DNA of 61,925 nt from a virus (lineage: Duplodnaviria > Caudoviricetes), in IMG/VR virus record IMGVR_UViG_3300028553_001902, positions 1 through 61,925 of that record, one strand, 5' to 3'. A program made the translations under genes and the position numbers. Below are positions 31,001-41,138 of this stretch, in pieces. Within the stretch, counting starts at the first letter, position 1, and every line of letters begins with the position of its first letter. The notes beneath the pieces are model-generated. The model saw only the letters and a list, made by a program, of their open reading frames with translations. It did not search any database and had not been told where the DNA came from.

Positions 31001-32596
31001 AAAATGAAGAAAATATTTCTATTTCTTGGAGAAGTGGTTCTAGGATTGGAACGTGTACAAAAAAAGTTTTAATGATTAATAAAGCCACTGGATTAGTAGA
31101 AAAAGAATTTGATTCTATTTCCGAGGCTAGTAGACAACTTTCTGTAGATAGAAAAGGCTTAATAAAAAAATTAAATAATAAAACATTAAATAGCAAGAAC
31201 CCTGTATACAAATTTTATATTTTCAAACATTCATAAAGATATAGTCCGATCCTTATAGAAATATAAGATAATTGATTCATTCTCAAGAAATCATACCACT
31301 CCATATACAGCTATCGCTCTTCAAGAGCTTAATATATATAATAAATATCCAACATTATATTGGAATACAGCATGTTTGTATGTTGATGCTGGCGCAGGCG
31401 AGGATAAAACAACAGATTATGCTAAAATTGCAACTGCAATAGGTCAGATAAAGTCAAGTGGAATTAATGTGGCTCTACCTGATATCAATCGCTCAAGATT
31501 TAACTTTAGTCCTGATGTTGAAAACGATAGAATATTGTGCGGCCTGAAGGGTTTAGTTAATGTCGGAGATGATATTGTACATGAAATTATTAAGAATAGA
31601 CCCTATACTTCTTTATATGATTTTATGGAGAGAACTTCTGCATCAAAGTCTGTAATGATATCGCTAATAAAATCTGGGGCTTTTGACTTCGTAGAAAAAA
31701 TTCCAAGAGAAAAGATAATGGAAAATTATATATACTCTACTTTACCGCAAAGAAGTCGTATATCTCTGCAAATAATACCTGCAATTATAAATTCAGATAT
31801 TGATAAGACCGAAATAAATGACCTCCTAGCCTTGTTTGAGTTTAATAGATATATGAGAACTCTAAGGAAAAATAATCATTATATACTAGATCAGAGGGCC
31901 TTAGAATACTATTTAGATAGGTTTGATCCTAAATTAATTGAAGATAATGAAGGAATCAAGTGTGCGGTGTGGGATAGAGTGTACGATAAACATATAGAAC
32001 CCCTACGTAAATGGACCTCTGAAAATCAGGAAGAGATTAAAAAAGCTTTGAGTAAAGAAGCATTTGAAGAAGAATGGGCTAAATACGCGTCTGGCACTAT
32101 AGCATCATGGGAAATGGACTCTGTGAGCTTTTACCATTCGTACCATGAGCTTGAAAAAGTTAATACTTCTGAATATGGAATAGTCGATTTTTATAATCTT
32201 CCTGAATATCCAAAAGTAGAAAAGTTTATAGAATTTGGACCTAAGAAAAAAGTCCCCATATTTCAAACTTCAATAATTGCAGGAACTATCTTAGGAAAAG
32301 ATAAGATAAAATCTACAATTTCTATACAAACGATTGATGGGGTTGTGTATGTTAAGTTTAGACCAGAGCAGTTTGCAGAGTATGATAGGCAAATATCCGA
32401 GCGTCAAGAGGATGGAAGCAAGCGAGTTCTCGATCGCTCGTGGTTTAATCGAGGTAAAAAGATATTACTTACTGGATTTCGTCGCGGCTCCGAATTTGTT
32501 CCTAAAAAATACTCGCATACTTCAACTGAGATGTTATATTTAATTGATGAAATTGACACTCAAGGAAACTTAGTTTTAAAGAGGGATAGACTATGA
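28022..32596 (+). CDS. dnaE: DNA polymerase III alpha (DnaE-type), exon 1 28022-30476 and exon 2 31275-32596 (about 1258 aa)
   Basis: PHP 'HNHTHFS' and 'ITDH', 'RGSA', catalytic 'PDIDFD', 'HAAG', 'KYDLL'; the splice restores LG-Y-SFSRNH. Confidence 0.93.
30477..31274 (+). mobile_element. Group I intron (798 nt) carrying a homing endonuclease
   Basis: Exon ends in U paired in P1 (CTTGGGT/GCTCAAG); P3 ATTTGTTG/CGGCAAAT; P7 GAGACTA/ATAGTCC; terminal G31274; the join is in frame. Confidence 0.93.
30733..31236 (+). CDS. Intron-encoded NUMOD4-HNH-NUMOD1 homing endonuclease
   Basis: 'YEISEYGDVKN', 'IHRLVA..F', 'VDHIDENKINNHFSNL', 'FDSISEASR'. Confidence 0.92.
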   Translation: MIWRKFRNTRYEISEYGDVKNILTGRILKSSFVPKGYLHISLRIDSSRKTFLIHRLVAEVFLSEFSDQYTVDHIDENKINNHFSNLRMMKNEENISISWRSGSRIGTCTKKVLMINKATGLVEKEFDSISEASRQLSVDRKGLIKKLNNKTLNSKNPVYKFYIFKHS

Positions 32597-33147
32597 AAAC
32601 ATTAATTGCACTTTTTGGAAAATCTGGCAGTGGGAAAGACTCCATTGCCAGAAAATTATGTGAAAAATATGACTATCATAAAGTAAAGAGAATCACAACT
32701 CGCCCCATGCGCGAAGGTGAGGCCCAAGGTGAGCCATACTATTTTGTAGATGAATTAGAATTACATTATGATTTAACTGAAAATCTTGAAAAATATCTAG
32801 AAGTTGGATATTTTAATAATTGGGTGTATGCAACACATGCAGATGCTTTAGAAAAAGAAATAAATATAGGTACATATGATGTGGATGCTGTAGACATTCT
32901 GCTACAAGAAAAGCAAATAAATGTTATTCCTTTTTTTATATATGTAGATGATAAAGAAAGAATGATAAGGTTATTAAATAGACAAGAAAATCCAGATATA
33001 GATGAGATTTGTAGAAGACATGTAGCAGATAAAGAGGCGTATTCTAAAATAGACTTTTCTTTTTACCTCATTCAAAACAAAGATTTAGAGGTAGCAGTAG
33101 AAGGAATTAAGAATATTGTAAATTATGAACTTGACAGCATTATTTAA
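32593..33147 (+). CDS. gmk: Guanylate kinase-like nucleotide kinase
   Basis: 'GKSGSGKDS' and 'TTRPMREGE..G..YYFV'. Confidence 0.88.
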   Translation: MKTLIALFGKSGSGKDSIARKLCEKYDYHKVKRITTRPMREGEAQGEPYYFVDELELHYDLTENLEKYLEVGYFNNWVYATHADALEKEINIGTYDVDAVDILLQEKQINVIPFFIYVDDKERMIRLLNRQENPDIDEICRRHVADKEAYSKIDFSFYLIQNKDLEVAVEGIKNIVNYELDSII

Positions 33148-33159
33148 ACATGATATAAT
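33131..33159 (+). promoter_or_regulatory. Sigma-70/A promoter
   Basis: TTGACA-N17-TATAAT with extended TG. Confidence 0.9.
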
Positions 33160-33186
33160 ATAAATATAAATTAAGGGAGAGAAAAA

Positions 33187-33537
33187 ATGAGATTAGAAGA
33201 TCTAGGAAAAAAATTGCTTACAAATATTCCACCATTATCAGAAGATATAATTAAAGAAAATCTAGAAGAATACTTTAAACGTAATTTAAACACGAAATAT
33301 CATCTTCTCCTTGGGAAAGAAATTTCATATTACACAGTTTTTAATACTCAAACTATTAACTTTGCTGATAATGTATATGATTATCTAAATTCAAGTTTCT
33401 ACGAGGTTGACGGCACTATAGTTCCAATGAGTCAAATTAATTATATGGAACAAAGAGATGATGGATGTATGGAAATTTTTATAAATAAAATCTATTTTCA
33501 TTTGGCCCCCTTCGACTGGGGAGTTGAAATTGTATGA
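33187..33537 (+). CDS. Hypothetical protein
   Basis: ORF after a promoter and GGGAG SD. Confidence 0.7.
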   Translation: MRLEDLGKKLLTNIPPLSEDIIKENLEEYFKRNLNTKYHLLLGKEISYYTVFNTQTINFADNVYDYLNSSFYEVDGTIVPMSQINYMEQRDDGCMEIFINKIYFHLAPFDWGVEIV

Positions 33538-33770
33538 ATTTTGTGCTTAATTGCTTTAATTTTACTCTAAAAGGAACTTGTTATTTTAGTGATGGTAAAA
33601 AAATTGAGATTCAACCAATAAATGCAGAGGAAGTTATAAAAGTAATACGAGCAACTGAGGTAGATTCTATTACATTGATGGGCCCACGTGCTTTTACAGA
33701 AAGAATTGCAAAAGAAATAAAAGAAGAAATAGATATTGATATATATATCATGGGGGCGACTTATGAGTAA
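33534..33770 (+). CDS. Hypothetical protein
   Basis: ATGA overlap, GGGAG SD. Confidence 0.65.
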   Translation: MNFVLNCFNFTLKGTCYFSDGKKIEIQPINAEEVIKVIRATEVDSITLMGPRAFTERIAKEIKEEIDIDIYIMGATYE

Positions 33771-33984
33771 TTGTTTAAAGATTACAGAGGAATATTTAAC
33801 ATTTGATGAGGCTGAAGCTGAGGATTTAATTGAGCAAGCTAAGTCTCAAGCGGGCGTAGCTTATGAGCTGGTTGGGCATTCCACAAGTAAGAAAAGCAAA
33901 AAAAATGTAGAGTATTTTCTAGTTAGAATTATTAAAGAATATGCCAAAGAGAAGGACTTGATTCTTAATAATGAGGGAGTTTAA
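33763..33984 (+). CDS. Hypothetical protein
   Basis: Overlapping ORF in the operon. Confidence 0.6.
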   Translation: MSNCLKITEEYLTFDEAEAEDLIEQAKSQAGVAYELVGHSTSKKSKKNVEYFLVRIIKEYAKEKDLILNNEGV

Positions 33985-34429
33985 TTATGTTGACGACATT
34001 TTTGCTAAAAGTGGCAGTAAAGAGCAGCGAATACCTTTGCCTTATCGAGGAACCTCTCAAGCAGCTGGCTACGATTTCTTTAGTCCTATTAATGCAACTA
34101 TCTTCCCAGGCCATACGCTTTTAGTTTGGACTGATGTAAAAGTTTCAATGTCGTCTGATGAGTGTTTAAAAATATATCCAAGATCAAGTATGGCTATAAA
34201 AAGAAATTTAATACTAAAGAATTCTGTTGGTATTATAGATGCTGATTATTTTGAAAATCCAGATAATGACGGAAATATTGGTATTCCATTATGGAATGTT
34301 GGCGATGAGCCACAAAATATTAAAAAAGGTGAAAAGATAGCTCAGGGTATTTTTGAGAAGTATTATAGAATTAACGAGGCGAATGAAACAGCGCTAAGAC
34401 AAAGTGGATTTGGAAGTACAGGACTGTGA
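33971..34429 (+). CDS. dut: Trimeric dUTPase
   Basis: 'AAGYDF', 'PRSS', 'GIIDADY', 'IAQGIF', 'RQSGFGSTG'. Confidence 0.95.
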   Translation: MREFNYVDDIFAKSGSKEQRIPLPYRGTSQAAGYDFFSPINATIFPGHTLLVWTDVKVSMSSDECLKIYPRSSMAIKRNLILKNSVGIIDADYFENPDNDGNIGIPLWNVGDEPQNIKKGEKIAQGIFEKYYRINEANETALRQSGFGSTGL

Positions 34430-34896
34430 TCTACTTTGCGATTGACCAATCTTCAAATGTGTCTGGATATTCTGTATGGAAAGATAAAGAGTTGATAGAA
34501 TGGGGAAAGGTTCAATTTGAAGGCGAATTTATATTTAGAGTTATAGAACTTAAAAAATGGATTCTAAATAAAATAGAGGAATACGAAGAAGAAGAAGTAG
34601 AAGTTATAATAGAGGAAATTCAAGAACAAGCTAATGCGCAAACGTTTAAAAAACTAGCGATGTTACAAGGTGCAATATTAGTTACATTGACAGAGGTAGA
34701 AATAAAATATCATTTAGTATATGCTTCTCAATGGAAATCTTTTGCAAATATAAAAAGTCAAAATAGAGCTGAGCAAAAAAGGGATGCGCAAAAATATGTA
34801 CTAGAAAAATATGGAAAAAAAGTAACACAAGATGAAGCTGACGCCATTTGTATGGGTGAGTACATAGTTTTTGGTATAAAAAATTGGGGGCGATGA
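34426..34896 (+). CDS. RuvC-like Holliday junction resolvase
   Basis: 'AIDQSS..SGY', 'IIEE', 'SQWK', 'DEADAI'. Confidence 0.8.
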   Translation: MIYFAIDQSSNVSGYSVWKDKELIEWGKVQFEGEFIFRVIELKKWILNKIEEYEEEEVEVIIEEIQEQANAQTFKKLAMLQGAILVTLTEVEIKYHLVYASQWKSFANIKSQNRAEQKRDAQKYVLEKYGKKVTQDEADAICMGEYIVFGIKNWGR

Positions 34897-34902
34897 GCCC
34901 CC
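34886..34902. terminator. Probable bidirectional terminator between convergent transcription units
   Basis: GGGGGC-GATGA-GCCCCC at the junction of the + and - gene blocks. Confidence 0.65.
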
Positions 34903-34903
34903 T

Positions 34904-37900
34904 TTAATCATGTGCGTATATTTTTACTGCACTCATCTCCATAGTGCCCTCGTGGCTCAATGGAACAGTGAATGATTGTAAATAATGATTTCCAGATATG
35001 CCTGTATTTAAATCTGTTATGTGTATTTTTTTATTAGGTTCTAATGAATATATAGGAATAGAGCTTACAGATATACTTTCATTAAAGTTGGTGTGAATAT
35101 AGAGTAAATTTTTCATTGTAGAGAATGCATCACTCTTATACTGAAACTCTTCATTGTCTAAATAATTCTCAATTTGAGATTTTAAAATACTAACATATGG
35201 AACTTCAAGAGATTCAAATTCAGATTCAATTCTTAAAGCATCTGCATTGGTCTCAATATAAGCTGTGTATTCAGCAATACTAGTATCCCCTACGCTAAAA
35301 AATAATGTAGTATTATTTGGTATACTAGTTAAAGTTGCTTTAGATATTGTCACACTTAAGGCTTGAGTTCCTCCATAATATCTATCAACAACTGCACTTG
35401 GTCCAGTACCTCCTCCAAATAAGACACTATCAGCAACAACAGCTGTAGCAAGAAGTTGTCTAGCTGCTGAGAGAGCAGTTGCTACAGTTCTTGATAAACT
35501 TGTATCATAATAATCAACGACTGAAGAATCTGCGGCTCCAGTATATCCACCACCAAATAATGCTATTGATGAGATTTGTGAGGCAGCTAAATTATAGCGA
35601 GCAGTAGATAATGTTGTTGGAGTTGTTCTAGTAAGAGAAGAATCATAGGCATCAACTGTTGCTCTTGCGGTTCCATCAGTTCCCCCACCAAATAGTACAT
35701 AATTATTAACTGAGGCTGCGGCTAATTGCTGTCTAGCTAAAGAAAGTGCAGTTGGTGTTGACCTAGTTAAAGAAGTATTGTATGCATCAACTGTGCTTAA
35801 TGCTGAGCCTCCTCCAAATAATGCGTAATTAGCATTACTCGAAGCAGCAAGATAGAGTCTAGCTGCCGAAAGAACTGTTGGTGTTGATTGTGTTAAGCTA
35901 GTATTATAAGCATAAACATAATCACGAGCAACTGCTACTGCACCAGGTGGATATCCTCGACCACCACCAAACAATGCATAACTTCCAACTGAAGTTGCAG
36001 CTAAATCCCAAACTCCATTTGCAAATTGAGTTGGAGAGGTTCTTGTTAGCGATGTATCATATGCATCAACAGCTGTGCCAAGTGAGCTCCCAAATCCACC
36101 TCCAAATAAACCATAATTACCAACTGATGCACCAGCTAATAAATGTCTAGCAGAAGATAAGGCTGTTGGAGTTGTTCTTGTAAATGAAGTATCATAAGCG
36201 TTAACAGTGGAAACAAATGTGGTCGTAAATCCACCACCAAATAATGCATAATTTCCAACAGAAGTTCCAGCAAGTTCATATCTGACGGTACTTAATGAAG
36301 TTAAAGTTGCAGCATTAACATCCGCAGAGGTTTCTACAACATTTGTAACAGTAGTACTGGCTTGTATACCAGTTCCTGTTACAGCCATACCCTTTCTAAT
36401 ATCAATACTAGAGGTTAACATTGTTAATGTTGTGACACCATTGGCAATTAATTTTGAAGTTGCTCTATCTAAATTTACATAATAAGTGCTTGCTGTTACT
36501 ATATCACTAGTAGTAAATCCAATTGTTGTAGAACTTGCTGTATAAATTGACCAAGAACCATTAAGCTTGGTATTAAAAAATGGTGGAATTCCTGATATAG
36601 TTAAAACATCTCCAACATTTACTGTAGTTGGCGAAGTAAAAGTTGCACTAACAGTTCTTCCATTTGTTGGAACTGTAAAGCTACTAAAACTTACTGGCAC
36701 ACTTTCTAAATCTTCATACAAAATAACCTTTACACTTCTACCAGCTGAATCTGTATAAGTTGGTTCCAATGTTCTTGGATATATAATGGTTATATTATCA
36801 TCTCGTATTGATTTAATCCTTCTACCAATTGCATTCACAGAAAATTGAGAAACACTACTATTAGAATCACTAATTATATCAAAGAAATAATTCCAAGTAA
36901 ATGCATCTCCGAGAGGTTTATTAGTATTAAAATCAGTATCTTCTTCTCCTGTATTTTGAGACCGCCAAACTCCAGCAGTTGCACTTGTTTTTTTATAAAT
37001 TCCTGTATTATCTTCTGAATTATACTCGAAATATTTCTTAAGTTCAGCATAATATCTATTTTCTTCAATAGAAGGGTCTGTTTGAGCATTATATTCAGTT
37101 AAATCAATTATATACTGCTGCCAAGGTTGATTATAATCACCCAAGATTGATGTCCATGTACCTCCACTATCTTGTATATAAAATTGACTAGGTACTTCTG
37201 GTATTGTATCTATTACAAGATGATATAAAAGATTGTTTGCACCATAAACATAGAAATCATTTTTTACACCCTTCCAATTTGGTGCGTTGCTATAAGAAGA
37301 AACAATTTCTTTATCAGAAAAATTATAAATATATGGAATAAAATCAAAGTTGGCTAAATACTTATTGCCTCCATCATTCTGAAATAAAGAAATATTACTA
37401 AGATTACTTTCAAGATTTTTTTTAAATTGAAATATAAAGTTACCATCTATGTCAAAAAAATACTCATACTCACCCAATAAATCAGATTTTACTCGTTCAA
37501 GTATAGTATTTACTGTATCAGTACTAGATACTTCAATTTTTGTGTCTTTATTTTTTGGACTCAATACAACTTGTAGTGGTAAGATTGTCCCAGGATCTAT
37601 TGGTGGAGAAAGTGCTGTTCCACTAGTTATTGGCGCAGCTGTACTAATATTAAAGGTTCTTTGTCCATAACTATTAATAGGTGTTGAATATAATGTAACT
37701 GCTGGAGAAATATAAAAAGTAAAATTACCACTACCTAAAATTGGTTTGCTTAATTGAATTCCGTTATCAAGAACTACTGAAACAGTTGAATCTGCAGATA
37801 ACAAACCCTCTCCAAATTGATTTGTAAAAATCTGTACAACTGTCTTACCTATTTCAATACTAGCTGAAGATGCTGCTTGAGTTCCCACATAATAAATCCC

Positions 37901-38575
37901 ATTTTGAGGGTCTGAAGATTGACCATCTCCATAAAAAGTAAAATCTTCTAATGGAACCCTCGTTAGAGATTCTGCATAATAAGGTACATCTAATACTACA
38001 ACTTTCGATTCATCAATTCCCCCAAAATAAGAAACTGAGTCTTTGATAATAGTTTGATATGGTAAATTTTCATTTGTTATTGTATTAACAAAGTCAATAT
38101 CATATCCAAGCTCCCCAGCTATGTCCCCATTCAATAACACCATTTTATCCTGAGCAGAAACTGATACTGAACTATCTTCAATTGAGTGGCTTAATGAAAC
38201 ATCAGTTGGTACAAAAACACCCAAATTAAACCAAATAATTGGCTCAGATAAAATTCGAGTCTCTTCAGTAGTAAGATCTGGAAACATTCCATAATAAGTG
38301 TTATTTTTCAAGCCAATTAAAATTGATATTTTTTTACTAATGGTTATTTCATTTGCTACTTCTGGTAAAAGATAAGTATCTGGATCTAGTACCAGAGTAA
38401 CATTTATAGTTCTACGTATTGGACTATTACCATCAACACTCAAACTCCCAGTACTGACTAATCCCTGAATTTCTTTTATCTTTAATTCATTCCAAGTGAG
38501 TAAATTAATTTTTACATAAAGCTCTCTATCTCTATTTAAAAATAATTCATCTAAGAACTCCCTATTATAAAACAT
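34904..38575 (-). CDS. Baseplate hub/tail protein with an inserted Kelch-like propeller
   Basis: N-terminal 'IQG.V..GSLSVDG.S.IRRT', 'YEYFFDIDGNFIFQ', C-terminal 'SIPIYSLEPN..I' typical of tail hub proteins; internal repeats. Confidence 0.7.
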   Translation of the reverse strand: MFYNREFLDELFLNRDRELYVKINLLTWNELKIKEIQGLVSTGSLSVDGNSPIRRTINVTLVLDPDTYLLPEVANEITISKKISILIGLKNNTYYGMFPDLTTEETRILSEPIIWFNLGVFVPTDVSLSHSIEDSSVSVSAQDKMVLLNGDIAGELGYDIDFVNTITNENLPYQTIIKDSVSYFGGIDESKVVVLDVPYYAESLTRVPLEDFTFYGDGQSSDPQNGIYYVGTQAASSASIEIGKTVVQIFTNQFGEGLLSADSTVSVVLDNGIQLSKPILGSGNFTFYISPAVTLYSTPINSYGQRTFNISTAAPITSGTALSPPIDPGTILPLQVVLSPKNKDTKIEVSSTDTVNTILERVKSDLLGEYEYFFDIDGNFIFQFKKNLESNLSNISLFQNDGGNKYLANFDFIPYIYNFSDKEIVSSYSNAPNWKGVKNDFYVYGANNLLYHLVIDTIPEVPSQFYIQDSGGTWTSILGDYNQPWQQYIIDLTEYNAQTDPSIEENRYYAELKKYFEYNSEDNTGIYKKTSATAGVWRSQNTGEEDTDFNTNKPLGDAFTWNYFFDIISDSNSSVSQFSVNAIGRRIKSIRDDNITIIYPRTLEPTYTDSAGRSVKVILYEDLESVPVSFSSFTVPTNGRTVSATFTSPTTVNVGDVLTISGIPPFFNTKLNGSWSIYTASSTTIGFTTSDIVTASTYYVNLDRATSKLIANGVTTLTMLTSSIDIRKGMAVTGTGIQASTTVTNVVETSADVNAATLTSLSTVRYELAGTSVGNYALFGGGFTTTFVSTVNAYDTSFTRTTPTALSSARHLLAGASVGNYGLFGGGFGSSLGTAVDAYDTSLTRTSPTQFANGVWDLAATSVGSYALFGGGRGYPPGAVAVARDYVYAYNTSLTQSTPTVLSAARLYLAASSNANYALFGGGSALSTVDAYNTSLTRSTPTALSLARQQLAAASVNNYVLFGGGTDGTARATVDAYDSSLTRTTPTTLSTARYNLAASQISSIALFGGGYTGAADSSVVDYYDTSLSRTVATALSAARQLLATAVVADSVLFGGGTGPSAVVDRYYGGTQALSVTISKATLTSIPNNTTLFFSVGDTSIAEYTAYIETNADALRIESEFESLEVPYVSILKSQIENYLDNEEFQYKSDAFSTMKNLLYIHTNFNESISVSSIPIYSLEPNKKIHITDLNTGISGNHYLQSFTVPLSHEGTMEMSAVKIYAHD
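35375..36310 (-). repeat. Seven Kelch-like repeats (about 42-50 aa each)
   Basis: Consensus TPTALSxARxxLAAASVGNYALFGGG...VDAYDTSLTR repeated 7 times. Confidence 0.85.
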
Positions 38576-38592
38576 CTCCTTTTCCCCCTGTA

Positions 38593-41052
38593 CTAGAATT
38601 TGCCTGGTATTTTATAACCAATAAAATTGTATTCATAAGTTGCTCCCGAAGATGTATATGTTGTAGATACGCTAACTTGAGCAGCAGAAGGTGTAATTGT
38701 TCCAGAAGTTCCAGTTTTTTGCACAATATAGTGTCTAGTTGTCCCCGAATCAGAAACATAAAAATATTGACTTTCAGGTAGATATGTATCAGCAGACCAT
38801 GGAATAGAAAATCCATCAATATTGCTTAATACATATAAATCAGTAGAATCATATTTCTTTTTTCGCAGCCCATATTTAACTAAACTTTCATACGTCATCT
38901 CACCTATTTCAGTTACAGTGCAAGAGAAATTATAAATTAATCTGCCTAATTCTGCAATAGGCTCAAAAGAAACATCTGTAAGCCTCACCAACATTAATCC
39001 TTCAGGCTCAGACTTAAAGACTTTAGGATTTCCATCAGTCAGCCAATCAATTAACTTCTTTCTAAACTGTCTCTCAACAATATAATTATCTCCACGACTA
39101 ATATATGATTGTTGATTTATATTATTTTGTCCAAAATTTGAAAGTGTCGCATACGATGATGTGCTACCTGTAAAAATAGTAGGTCCATTTAAAAGAAAAT
39201 CTTCGTATCGCTCATTAACGATTCTATTTTTAGCGTCTGATGATATTATATAGTTATCGTTGGAATCTCTAGTTAAATTACTAATCAACTCAGCGTACGT
39301 CAATCCTCTAAAAACTCTAGTAGGGTCTGAAACATGAGTAATAAGAGCAGAAAATTGAAATTGTTTATATCCAATATTAGAATTTCTTATAATAAATGGA
39401 AACTTGCCCCCAATGGTTTCAATAAAAGCATCTTTTCTAACTTTTGAAAGACCAGTCACTTGGCCATTATAGATAAAATTAATTTGAATATCATCTTTTC
39501 CGTAAAAGAAAGAACCAGTAAAATCAGGAATTATTTGAGGTTGTATGCTGGTAGTTGTTGATGCACCCCTAGAAATAATCTCTCCTGAGTTATTTATTGT
39601 AGCACTTTGAAATTTATATTTATATAACATACCAGGCTCAATTAAATAATCATAAAAATATTTTTTTGCAGAAGTTGTTGTGCTCATATTGGCAGTTTCA
39701 AATACAGCAATAGTTTTAAAATTATCGTAGCCTTCATCAAAAGAAGAGCGAAGTAAAACTAAAGCGTTGCTAGTAGTGCCAACATTGCTAAGCTCAAATT
39801 CCATGCGGCCATTCTCTCTGTCATTTGTTGCGATAAAATCAACTGTTAATGTAGCTAGAGTATAGTCAGCAGTTAATTCATATCTTTTTGTATATTCAAA
39901 ACCACTTTCAGTCTTAAAATAAATAGATAGATAATATGTTGTATCATCAGCAAGCGAAATGTTATTAGTCCAAGTTACTGATGTTTGATGCAAATATCTT
40001 TGATACTCAATTAAACCACTACCATCAATCTTAGTTTTAGAATTATCATATAGTATAAATTCATATTGTAGCACAGTCTCTTCTTCGTCAAAAGGATATT
40101 TAAATTCAAATGTAAAAAATTCTGCACTTGCTGTATTTGAGGCAGTATATAAAGCATAGCTATTTGTTGTTCTAGATTGAAAACCAACTATACCTAAGTG
40201 CTCTTCATTTGCTGAATTAAATCCTATTAAATTAGAAATAAATACAGGCTTCATAATTGTTTGGTAGGACCAATCTGATACATATTCTCTAGAAGTTTCA
40301 TTTAAAAAAGTTTGCCCTATATAGAAAGAGACAGTTGAAGTTGTTGTTTGTGTGCTTGCTGCACTTAGAGTTATTGACGTACCACTTATAGAAGCAACAG
40401 TAACACCAGGCAAGATTCCAGGACCTGATACATTGAGACCAGGCAATACACCATTAGCACTAGAAACTGTGATAACAGCACTTCCAGTAGTAACACTTGT
40501 AGCCCCTCTTATTACAACTTGCCACGTGCTAGATGTATATGAGAAACTATTATTAGCAGTTAGATTTATTAGTTTAATCTGTGAGCGATAATATTTATTA
40601 ATTCCAGAATCTTCTACTAAACTAAAATCATTATAAGTTATATTTCTGTATGTTGTTGGACCAGTTCCTGTTACAATTTTAGGAAGATTATCAGAGGGAT
40701 CTATTCTAATATTATTTACAGCTACTGTATTTGCTTGCTGAATAAATAAATGAGCAGGGACTTCGATATAATTTCCCAAGCTGTTACTTTGTTTTGCTGC
40801 AATGAATGTTCCTGTTGAATATTTGCCAACGATAGGGTTCGTTTCAGAATCTAAACTTAAAAATCTAATTCCAATATGGCTATACTCATTTTCTTGATTT
40901 AATAGAGATATATCATAGTAAAATTTAAATTTATTCTCACTTGCAGTCTGATCTGCAAAGGGATCATTGGTATCATCATATAATTTAATTGGTATACATT
41001 CAAATCCATCTATTTTTGATGGAACTGTAGGCAAATAGAGAGTCATTTGCAA
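38593..41052 (-). CDS. Baseplate/distal tail protein
   Basis: C-terminal 'ETIGGKFPF', 'ERQFR...WLTDGNPKVFKS..EG.MLVRL' and 'Y.FSC...EIGE'; position in the tail module. Confidence 0.6.
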   Translation of the reverse strand: MQMTLYLPTVPSKIDGFECIPIKLYDDTNDPFADQTASENKFKFYYDISLLNQENEYSHIGIRFLSLDSETNPIVGKYSTGTFIAAKQSNSLGNYIEVPAHLFIQQANTVAVNNIRIDPSDNLPKIVTGTGPTTYRNITYNDFSLVEDSGINKYYRSQIKLINLTANNSFSYTSSTWQVVIRGATSVTTGSAVITVSSANGVLPGLNVSGPGILPGVTVASISGTSITLSAASTQTTTSTVSFYIGQTFLNETSREYVSDWSYQTIMKPVFISNLIGFNSANEEHLGIVGFQSRTTNSYALYTASNTASAEFFTFEFKYPFDEEETVLQYEFILYDNSKTKIDGSGLIEYQRYLHQTSVTWTNNISLADDTTYYLSIYFKTESGFEYTKRYELTADYTLATLTVDFIATNDRENGRMEFELSNVGTTSNALVLLRSSFDEGYDNFKTIAVFETANMSTTTSAKKYFYDYLIEPGMLYKYKFQSATINNSGEIISRGASTTTSIQPQIIPDFTGSFFYGKDDIQINFIYNGQVTGLSKVRKDAFIETIGGKFPFIIRNSNIGYKQFQFSALITHVSDPTRVFRGLTYAELISNLTRDSNDNYIISSDAKNRIVNERYEDFLLNGPTIFTGSTSSYATLSNFGQNNINQQSYISRGDNYIVERQFRKKLIDWLTDGNPKVFKSEPEGLMLVRLTDVSFEPIAELGRLIYNFSCTVTEIGEMTYESLVKYGLRKKKYDSTDLYVLSNIDGFSIPWSADTYLPESQYFYVSDSGTTRHYIVQKTGTSGTITPSAAQVSVSTTYTSSGATYEYNFIGYKIPGKF

Positions 41053-41075
41053 CCTCCTTGTTCATCTTATTAAAT

Positions 41076-41106
41076 AAAAAAAGGTAGAGCATTATCGCCC
41101 TACCTT
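41076..41106 (-). terminator. Rho-independent terminator
   Basis: Minus strand AGGTAGGGC-GATAAT-GCTCTACCT followed by a T-run. Confidence 0.8.
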
Positions 41107-41138
41107 AAATAAAATATGCCTCAATAGATTTGTATCAT

